Source: Bacteriovoracaceae bacterium (GTDB lineage Bacteria; Bdellovibrionota; Bacteriovoracia; Bacteriovoracales; Bacteriovoracaceae). Taken from it: a stretch of DNA of 12,827 bases. The stretch covers positions 1-12,827 of the forward strand of contig JBMYPC010000090.1 of assembly GCA_049599895.1 (NCBI GenBank), given 5' to 3'. The translations under genes were made by a program, and so were the position numbers. The notes under the pieces were generated by a model. That model saw nothing but the letters and a program-made list of their open reading frames with translations. It searched no databases and was not told the DNA's origin. Below, one piece after another: positions 1 through 6,724 of the stretch (position 1 is its first letter; the number at the start of each line of letters is the position of its first letter).

Positions 1-50
1 TAGTTAATTCGAAAAGTTCTGATTTTTTCAGGCTTAAACCCTGCACCGCA

Positions 51-71
51 TCTTTTAGGGATTCTAAAAGA
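51..71. repeat. 8-bp perfect inverted repeat upstream of the AMIN-like/lon operon
   Basis: TCTTTTAG-ggatt-CTAAAAGA at 51-71, flanked almost symmetrically by TAAACC (35-40) and GGTTTA (80-85). AT-rich; function unknown. Confidence 0.35.
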
Positions 72-112
72 AATTTAAAGGTTTAGAGGCACTCTAGAAC
101 TGGAGGATTATG

Positions 113-583
113 ATGATAAAATCGCTTACGATTTTATTTCTGTTTATTTCTTCATCTGTCTTTGCGCAGAATCTTTTTAATCAAAGAATTAGAAAGCTCA
201 CTGATCGAAAACAGTCGATTTATTTTGAAGATGGGATTTTTCACAACGGTGGAAAACGAACGAAGTCTGAACTGAAGGCTTTAAGGCATTCATATCATAA
301 GGGAAAAGGTTATGATCGAACTGTTTTTGAGTTTAAGACAGCTGAACTCCCAAGACTCTATGGCCACTTTACAAAAGACCTAAGAAGAATTCATCTCGAC
401 TTTTTTGGAACCGATCTTTCTGAGACGATGGGTTCTTTTGGAAACTCAAAGTTCGTAAAGTCTGTAAACTTCTTTCCAGTTACCAATGAATCCCTCTCTG
501 TTGAAATTGAATTAAAAAAAGGTGTTTCATGTGACATCTTTTTTCTCAATAACCCAGGACGCCTCGTTCTGGATCTAAAATAA
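113..583 (+). CDS. Secreted protein with an AMIN-like domain (about 156 aa)
   Basis: Sec-type signal peptide (MIKSLTILFLFISSSVFA-Q). AMIN-like motifs YDRTVFEF and C-terminal FFLNNPGRLVLDLK. GGAGG at 102-106 fits ATG 113 better than the tandem ATG 110. Domain call made by eye. Confidence 0.65.
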   Translation: MIKSLTILFLFISSSVFAQNLFNQRIRKLTDRKQSIYFEDGIFHNGGKRTKSELKALRHSYHKGKGYDRTVFEFKTAELPRLYGHFTKDLRRIHLDFFGTDLSETMGSFGNSKFVKSVNFFPVTNESLSVEIELKKGVSCDIFFLNNPGRLVLDLK

Positions 584-595
584 ATTGGAGTTTTA

Positions 596-3103
596 ATGTC
601 TGACTTCGACCAAGAATATAAAGTACAAATTGATGCTGATAAGGATGAGAATGTAAATTTCCCCGATTCAGTTGTCATTATCCCGATAATGAACAGTCCG
701 ATATTTCCTGGAATGATTGCACCAATTATTCTTTCTGAGGACAAGTTTACCCCTGAGCTTGACTCTTATCTTTTAAGAACTGGCTACGTTGCTCTTAACC
801 TTGTCAAAAATGATTTAAAAGACGAAGAAGGACAAATCATTCCCGAAGAACACATCGACCTTGAAAATAGAGAGATTAGTAAAGGCGATATCTATAAAGT
901 TGGCGTACTTTGTAAAGTCGTTAAAAAACTTAAACTTCCAGACGGTTCCGTGAACGTTCTTGTTCACGGAGTGAAAAGATACCGAGCAGGGCAAATTTCT
1001 CAAGAAGAAAAACTTCTTATGGCCCAATATGAAATCTTTGAAGACATTGTTGAAGAGGATGAAGAGCTTGATGCTTATACACGATCTGTGATCAATCAAG
1101 TAAAACGTCTTGGTGAAATCAATCCTTACTTCAACGAAGAGATGAAGCTTGCGATTTTAAATTCTCCATCTCCTGGGGCTCTTGCTGACCTTGTGGCCTT
1201 TGCACTTTCTCTTGATATTCCAGAGGCGCAAGACTTTTTGGAAACTCTTGTCGTAAAGAAAAGATTTGCAAAACTTCTTGTTTATTTAAAAAGAGAAAAA
1301 GATGTCGCAGACATTCAAAAGAAAATTTCTGATGAAGTGAACGACAAGGTTAATAAATACCAAAGAGAGTATTTCCTAAGAGAACAACTCAAAGTGATCC
1401 GTGCTGAGCTTGGCATGGATGAGGATGAGAAGTCTCGAGATCTTAAAAAAATGCGCGAGAAACTCGAGCAAGCGGGAATGCCAGAAGATGCAGAAAAGGC
1501 AGCGATTGAAGAGCTTGATCGTCTTGAGGTGATTCCTGATTCAAGTCCTGAGTATAATGTGGCGAGATCTTATATCAATTGGATGCTTGAACTTCCTTGG
1601 TCGATTTCAACCGATGAAAAAGTTGATATTAAGCAAGCGGGAAAAATTCTTGAAAAAGATCATTACGGATTAGAAAAGGCGAAAGAAAGAATTCTTGAAT
1701 TCCTTGCGGTTCGAAAGCTTAAGCCAGGATATGATGGAACGATTCTTTGTTTTTCAGGTCCTCCTGGTGTCGGGAAAACTTCTCTTGGAAGAAGTATCGC
1801 TGAATCTATGGGAAGAAAGTTTTATAGGTTTTCTCTCGGTGGAATGAGAGACGAAGCCGAGATTAAAGGTCACAGAAGAACTTATGTCGGAGCAATGCCT
1901 GGAAGAATTATTCAGGCCCTTAAAAGAGTTGAAGTGAATAATCCTGTGATTATGCTCGATGAGATTGATAAACTTGGACAAAGTTTTCAAGGTGATCCCG
2001 CTTCAGCACTTCTTGAAGTTCTTGACCCTGAACAAAACTCAACTTTTATCGATCATTATCTTGATGTTCCTTTTGATCTTTCAAAAGTTCTTTTTATTGC
2101 TACTGCAAACTATATAAACGATATTCCTGAGCCACTTCTTGATCGTATGGAAGTGATTGAGCTTAGTGGTTACACAATCGAAGAGAAAGTTTCCATTGCT
2201 CAGAAATGGGTTATTCCAAAACAACTTGATAAGCACGGTCTTAAAAAATCAGACTTTAAAGTTTCTGTTTCGGTTCTTAAAAAGCTTATCTCTGACTATG
2301 CTCGTGAACCTGGTGTTCGTATGATGGAGCAGTATGTAGCAAAGCTTTGTCGTAAGGCTGCTCTTAAAAAAGTCAGTAAGAAATCAAGAACTGCTTTCAC
2401 TCCAACTGAAAGAACACTTGAGCAATTTCTTGGAAGCCCAAGGTTTCATTCAGAAAAAGCTGAAAAAGCTCTTAAGCCAGGTGTTGTCACCGGACTTGCT
2501 TGGACGGCTTATGGTGGAGAGATTCTTTCAATTGAAACTCTTCCTCTAGATGGTAACGGAAAAGGTGGTCTCAAGCTTACAGGTCAGCTTGGTGATGTCA
2601 TGAACGAATCGGCAACCATTGCTTATTCCTATATTCGAAAGATTCTTCAGGCACAAGAAGAAGAAAGAGTTAAAAAAGCTGCTGCTAAAAAGAAGACATC
2701 AAAGAAAACCAAGAAAAAGGTTGAGCCTAACCAAGAAGAAATGGATGACCCAACGGACTATCTTGCAGAACATGAGATTCACCTTCATCTTCCAGCGGGG
2801 GCGACTCCAAAAGATGGACCAAGTGCAGGGATTACCATGGCCCTCGCATTCTATAGCTTAGCTTCTAACAAAAAAGTTAAGGGGTCTCTTGCGATGACTG
2901 GGGAGCTTAGCCTTACTGGAAAAGTTCTTCCTGTTGGTGGAATTAAAGAGAAGGTTCTTGCTGCTAAAAGAGCAGGTATTCGAAATGTTATTCTTCCTAA
3001 AGAGAACGAGAAGGATTTAAAAGAAGTTCCGGAGAGGCATCGTAAGGGACTTAAGTTTTATCCGGTTTCGCATTTTGATGAAGTTCTTAATATTGCTTTT
3101 TAA
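596..3103 (+). CDS. lon: ATP-dependent protease La (LonA), 835 aa
   Basis: Lon N domain (PIFPGM), [18 protein letters not shown], Walker [20 protein letters not shown], Walker B MLDEIDK, catalytic Ser in PKDGPSAG, catalytic Lys in GGIKEK. GGAG RBS at 587-590. Confidence 0.99.
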   Translation: MSDFDQEYKVQIDADKDENVNFPDSVVIIPIMNSPIFPGMIAPIILSEDKFTPELDSYLLRTGYVALNLVKNDLKDEEGQIIPEEHIDLENREISKGDIYKVGVLCKVVKKLKLPDGSVNVLVHGVKRYRAGQISQEEKLLMAQYEIFEDIVEEDEELDAYTRSVINQVKRLGEINPYFNEEMKLAILNSPSPGALADLVAFALSLDIPEAQDFLETLVVKKRFAKLLVYLKREKDVADIQKKISDEVNDKVNKYQREYFLREQLKVIRAELGMDEDEKSRDLKKMREKLEQAGMPEDAEKAAIEELDRLEVIPDSSPEYNVARSYINWMLELPWSISTDEKVDIKQAGKILEKDHYGLEKAKERILEFLAVRKLKPGYDGTILCFSGPPGVGKTSLGRSIAESMGRKFYRFSLGGMRDEAEIKGHRRTYVGAMPGRIIQALKRVEVNNPVIMLDEIDKLGQSFQGDPASALLEVLDPEQNSTFIDHYLDVPFDLSKVLFIATANYINDIPEPLLDRMEVIELSGYTIEEKVSIAQKWVIPKQLDKHGLKKSDFKVSVSVLKKLISDYAREPGVRMMEQYVAKLCRKAALKKVSKKSRTAFTPTERTLEQFLGSPRFHSEKAEKALKPGVVTGLAWTAYGGEILSIETLPLDGNGKGGLKLTGQLGDVMNESATIAYSYIRKILQAQEEERVKKAAAKKKTSKKTKKKVEPNQEEMDDPTDYLAEHEIHLHLPAGATPKDGPSAGITMALAFYSLASNKKVKGSLAMTGELSLTGKVLPVGGIKEKVLAAKRAGIRNVILPKENEKDLKEVPERHRKGLKFYPVSHFDEVLNIAF

Positions 3104-3728
3104 AATAATTAAGTTATTTATTCTTTTTGTCTTTTTTGGGTCTTCTTGTGCGAACATGGAGACTCATACAAAAGTCATTATCTACCTTCATGGAATGGGG
3201 AAAGCTCCTCTTGAGGTAGAAAAAGAAAATATTCAAGCTCTAAAAAATATAGCAGAAAGAAATGGCTATAAATTCTTTGCACCGGAATCCAAAACAGGTT
3301 GTTATTATTTAAACCCTCCTAAGAATGATTTTAAGTGTTGGGATAATATAAATGTTGCCCAGGACTTAAAGTGGCTCATGCAATATGCAAAGAAATCCGA
3401 TGAAGTTATTCTGATTGGTTTCTCTAATGGAGCCTACTTCCTTTCCAAGGCTCTTCAGTTGGGACTCCTTGAAAATGTTTCTAAGGTTGGCTTGATTTCT
3501 GGTGGTTCAGTTAAGGTCAAAAAGTTAAACAGTATTAATCTCTCAACAAAAGTTTATATTGAAAATGCGACACAAGATAAGTGGAACAAGAAATGGGTTG
3601 GAGAGCTTGCTGTATTCCTTGAGAAGGAACTCCCTGATGAATTATTTTTTTATAGAGAATTAGAAAGAAGTCACTTTCCAAACTCCGGTCAGGTCGAAGG
3701 CTTTTTAAGTTGGCTTCTTAGTAAATAA
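3078..3728 (+). CDS. Putative lipoprotein alpha/beta hydrolase (phospholipase/carboxylesterase-like)
   Basis: Hydrophobic N-terminus with lipobox-like GSSC, oxyanion motif YLHGMG, nucleophile elbow GFSNG, candidate acid (NATQD) and His (RSHFP). ATG 3078 overlaps the lon 3' end by 26 nt; exact start uncertain. Confidence 0.8.
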   Translation: MKFLILLFKIIKLFILFVFFGSSCANMETHTKVIIYLHGMGKAPLEVEKENIQALKNIAERNGYKFFAPESKTGCYYLNPPKNDFKCWDNINVAQDLKWLMQYAKKSDEVILIGFSNGAYFLSKALQLGLLENVSKVGLISGGSVKVKKLNSINLSTKVYIENATQDKWNKKWVGELAVFLEKELPDELFFYRELERSHFPNSGQVEGFLSWLLSK

Positions 3729-3763
3729 CAACGAATATAAACAAAAAAAGTAGTGTGAAATTT

Positions 3764-3976
3764 CTAGAATTCGTCAGAGTCGTATTCGCTCATTGGAGCG
3801 TGCTTAACTTTTCCTGCTGCGATTTCTCTAAGAGAGGTTACAACTTCTTTGTTTTTGCTTCTTACGAGTTTTTCTGAACCGTCACGCAATTGCTTGATTC
3901 TTTTCACTGCTAGATGAACTAGCTCATAACGATTTTCAACTTTTTCGAGACAATCTTCGATTGTGATACGCGCCAT
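3764..3976 (-). CDS. rpoZ: DNA-directed RNA polymerase subunit omega
   Basis: [30 protein letters not shown]...[10 protein letters not shown] is the omega signature. AGGAG RBS upstream. Confidence 0.98.
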   Translation of the reverse strand: MARITIEDCLEKVENRYELVHLAVKRIKQLRDGSEKLVRSKNKEVVTSLREIAAGKVKHAPMSEYDSDEF

Positions 3977-4001
3977 AAATTACTCCTGATTCAGATCCCC
4001 C

Positions 4002-4030
4002 AAGATAATCTATGGAGCTTCAAGTGTCAA
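4002..4030 (-). promoter_or_regulatory. Predicted sigma70 promoter of rpoZ
   Basis: Minus strand TTGACA (4030-4025), 17-nt spacer, TATCTT (4007-4002), 25 nt upstream of the rpoZ ATG. Confidence 0.7.
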
Positions 4031-4200
4031 AATCAGAAATGAAAAAAACGGTTTTAGTACTCTTTTTACGCAGTGATTTCCCATAATTTGGTCTATTTTG
4101 GGCTTATGATTATGATTTTGTCTAGGTGCGAAAAAATATGTGATGGTTATGGCCACTTTTCTCTGAATTGCTTCCTTTTTGAACAAAAGCTTAAGACCGT

Positions 4201-4267
4201 AAAAGTTCAAGATTTTGGAATCAATCAGGGTATGGTTTATCTTCTTATCATTGAAAAGTTCAAGATT
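4201..4267. repeat. 14-bp perfect direct repeat AAAAGTTCAAGATT, two copies
   Basis: Copies at 4201-4214 and 4254-4267 (53-bp period), followed by TTGG and CTTGG respectively. Confidence 0.6.
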
Positions 4268-4328
4268 CTTGGTGATTGCCTCCATGTGGAGAAGCTTAAA
4301 AAATATACTGAGTTTGAGGATCTTTAGC

Positions 4329-4715
4329 TTAGTCGACGCTTACGGCGATAGAATCACCGATCATAAGAGTTCTCACTTCAAAAAGAATATCACTTGATTT
4401 TGAATTTTTTGCAACGATTGCAATTGAAGAGTTATTTTCAGTGTGAACAACTTTGAGCTTTCCAATTTTAACTTTGTGATTGAAGCGCTTTTTTGTTTCG
4501 TAGGGGTCTTGCCTTGTGATGGTTCTGTAGACATCAATTTCACTTCCGGCTTCTAGGCCTTGGCTTTTTCCCATATTGATATAAAAGTTTTTCTTCATAG
4601 TTTCATTGTCTTTAAAACCCATGGAGATTTCATGGCCAATGCTATAAATGATGTACCCTTCAGCGAAGAGGTTGAATGAAAGGAGTAATGTGAATGTCGC
4701 AATAAGGATCCTCAT
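4329..4715 (-). CDS. Secreted protein resembling the FlgT C-terminal beta domain (128 aa)
   Basis: Signal peptide MRILIATFTLLLSFNLFA-E. The pattern YINMGKSQGLEAGSEIDVYR...KIGKLKVVHT..NSSIA...IGDSI resembles FlgT_C-type domains (by eye). AAGGA RBS. Confidence 0.6.
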   Translation of the reverse strand: MRILIATFTLLLSFNLFAEGYIIYSIGHEISMGFKDNETMKKNFYINMGKSQGLEAGSEIDVYRTITRQDPYETKKRFNHKVKIGKLKVVHTENNSSIAIVAKNSKSSDILFEVRTLMIGDSIAVSVD

Positions 4716-4778
4716 AGGAACTTTCCTTTGACTTAAGTTTCATCCCATCAAATCCTTTTCTGAGCTTGTTCAATATAC

Positions 4779-4805
4779 TTATCGCTTGAATGTGTTTGAT
4801 AGTTA
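4779..4805 (-). promoter_or_regulatory. Candidate sigma28 (FliA)-type promoter
   Basis: Minus strand TAAC (4805-4802), 15-nt spacer, AGCGATAA (4786-4779), compared with consensus TAAA-N15-GCCGATAA. Lies 63 nt upstream of the FlgT-C-like ATG. Confidence 0.5.
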
Positions 4806-4824
4806 GGCTTTGAAGCGTTTGAGG

Positions 4825-4846
4825 AAAAAAAGGGCAAAGAATGCCT
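4825..4846 (-). terminator. Weak candidate intrinsic terminator
   Basis: Minus strand A-GGCA-UUCUU-UGCC-C-UUUUUUU: only a 4-bp stem but a 7-U tract, just upstream of the sigma28-like promoter. Confidence 0.35.
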
Positions 4847-4908
4847 ATTTAAAGAAGCTAACTCATTGAATACTGGGCGCTAACGCTTGGGGTGATTTCC
4901 CTAATCAT

Positions 4909-4973
4909 CAAAACTGTCCACTGGACACTTTTGCTGCTCAGTGAAAGTCTGAAAACTGACGTTTTCAGAACTT
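4909..4973. repeat. Two tandem inverted repeats immediately downstream of the substrate-binding protein gene
   Basis: TCTGAAAAC-tgac-GTTTTCAGA (4948-4969, perfect 9 bp, extendable by AAG/CTT across a bulge) and CAAAAcTGTCC-act-GGACAcTTTTG (4909-4933, one mismatch). Confidence 0.65.
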
Positions 4974-4981
4974 GGGAAGAA

Positions 4982-6712
4982 TCACTTCAGGTTAATGTAC
5001 TTCAGATAGTTATAAACGATATCCGATTGCCTATAGTTCTTCACCTTATCTTGAAGAAGAACATAGGTCCTTGTGTAATGTTGCATGATCCAGGGAAGGT
5101 CAGCTTGAACGAGCTTTTCAATCTCACTCATAATCGCAAACTTTTCTTCACCATCTTTAAGAACTTTGAGTCGATCAAAGAGCCTATCAACTTTTGGATT
5201 GTGATAATAAGTCGAATTGGGACCTGGGGAGTGGTTTTTACTATAGAGAAGTTGAAGAGAGTTTTCGGCATCTGGATAGTCCATCGCCCAGCCATCTCGC
5301 CAAAGTTGAAGTTTTCCTTTTCTCGCTTTATCGAGAAAAATAGGAAAAGTATTGGTCACAACTTTTACCTTTATCCCAATTTTGCTGAGTTCGTTTTTAA
5401 AGTATTCACCTCGGTTTCGATGAACAGTTGAACCTCCACGAACATCAAACTTAATTTCAGGAAGCCCTTTTCCCTCAGGATAACCGGCTTCTGCCAATAG
5501 CTTTTTTGCTTTTTCGATATCGTAAGTAAAAGGAAGAGTTGTTCCAGGGTCGTAACCTGGGATTCCTGGAGGATAAATTGAGTTTGCAGCCTGACCAGTG
5601 TTAACAGTGAAATCTCGGATATATCTTTCTCGATCAATCCCATGGGCAATTGCCTGCCTAAGTTTGAGATTGTTTCCTAGAAGAGGGTCTTTCATATTAA
5701 AAGAGAGCCACCAATAAGTAAGAGTCGGCGAGACTTGAAGTTGAATCTTTTCTTTTTTAAGTTCATCAACTAATTCACCATTTTCATCAATTGATGAGTC
5801 AAAGTTTTCACGAGGAAGGGCCAAGAGATCGAGCTTGTTTCCACGAAAGTTAAGCCATTTTGTTCTTTCTTCAGTGATCACTTGGAAAACAATTTTTTCA
5901 ATAAAAGGAATCTGTTTTCCGGCATCAGCTAAAAGATTATTTCGATGAGAATAGCGGTCTCCTTGAGTGGGATAAAGTTCCTTGCGGTAGCCCTTAAACT
6001 TTTTAAGAGTGATACTTGAATGTCGTGTCCAGTTTTCAAGTTCATAAGGCCCTGTTCCTACAACATTTTGAGTCAGATTGTGATCGTAATGCTCAATCGC
6101 CTCTTTTGGCACAGGGGAGGTGAAACTCATGGTGAGTGCGTAGAGCATTTGTGGATAAGGTTTACTTAATTTGATAATAAGTGTGTAGTCGTTAGGGGTT
6201 TCAATCCCTTCAACTTTAGTGGTGAAGAATTTTGATTTATCGTTTCCGACTTCTTTTCTCCAAGCATTGATTCCTTTAATTTTTCCATCAAAGAGCCACC
6301 AACCATTGCTATTTGTCGGAACAAAAGCGAGCCTTTTAATTTGGTTCACAAAATCTTCAGCTTTTAAATACCTTGGTTGCCCTTTAAAGGCGGGATCACC
6401 GTGATATTGGATGCCTTTTCTAATTTTGATTTTATAAGTGAGACCATTATCAAGAACTTCTGGGAGAGATTCAGCAAGAAGAGGTTCAATCGTGTAGGGA
6501 CGTTTTAAGTAATGGTATTGATAAAGTTGTTCATAGGATTGATAGATTACTGAGGCTGAAACCGTATCATAGCCATTGGCTGGATCAAGGGTTGAGACCT
6601 TGGCCGTAAGCGAAAGCTTTAGCTCACTGTTTTTAGAACTCGTCTTTTTTGTGCACGAATAGGCCAGAGACAAAAGAGAGAGAACAGTGAGAAGTCTAAA
6701 AAATGATTTCAT
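4982..6712 (-). CDS. ABC transporter substrate-binding lipoprotein, family 5 (OppA/DppA-like), 576 aa
   Basis: Lipobox LAYSC; TLDPA, EPLLAESLP, VGTGPY, LRQAIAHGIDR, AKKLLAEAGYPEG, WAMDYPDAEN. Starts 12 nt after the alaS stop with an AGGA RBS. Confidence 0.93.
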   Translation of the reverse strand: MKSFFRLLTVLSLLSLAYSCTKKTSSKNSELKLSLTAKVSTLDPANGYDTVSASVIYQSYEQLYQYHYLKRPYTIEPLLAESLPEVLDNGLTYKIKIRKGIQYHGDPAFKGQPRYLKAEDFVNQIKRLAFVPTNSNGWWLFDGKIKGINAWRKEVGNDKSKFFTTKVEGIETPNDYTLIIKLSKPYPQMLYALTMSFTSPVPKEAIEHYDHNLTQNVVGTGPYELENWTRHSSITLKKFKGYRKELYPTQGDRYSHRNNLLADAGKQIPFIEKIVFQVITEERTKWLNFRGNKLDLLALPRENFDSSIDENGELVDELKKEKIQLQVSPTLTYWWLSFNMKDPLLGNNLKLRQAIAHGIDRERYIRDFTVNTGQAANSIYPPGIPGYDPGTTLPFTYDIEKAKKLLAEAGYPEGKGLPEIKFDVRGGSTVHRNRGEYFKNELSKIGIKVKVVTNTFPIFLDKARKGKLQLWRDGWAMDYPDAENSLQLLYSKNHSPGPNSTYYHNPKVDRLFDRLKVLKDGEEKFAIMSEIEKLVQADLPWIMQHYTRTYVLLQDKVKNYRQSDIVYNYLKYINLK

Positions 6713-6724
6713 AATAATCCTATG

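Noticed and set aside
83..112. Possible CIRCE (HrcA) element upstream of the lon operon
   Set aside because: Only GCACTC (89-94) matches the left arm; there is no GAGTGCTAA right arm at 9-nt spacing.
391..2861. Alternative-frame and antisense ORFs 391-744, 815-1099, 1754-1990, 2619-2861
   Set aside because: Shadows of the well-supported AMIN-like gene and lon, with no recognisable motifs.
4010..4397. ORFs 4010-4285 (-), 4073-4327 (+) and 4215-4397 (+)
   Set aside because: They overlap each other, lack a convincing RBS or motif, and the minus ORF runs through the predicted rpoZ promoter. Cannot be fully excluded without a homology search.
4831..4975. c-di-GMP-I riboswitch or hammerhead ribozyme in the hairpin region
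   Set aside because: Fragments such as AGGGCAAA and TGATGA...GAAA occur, but the required stems and remaining conserved nucleotides are missing.
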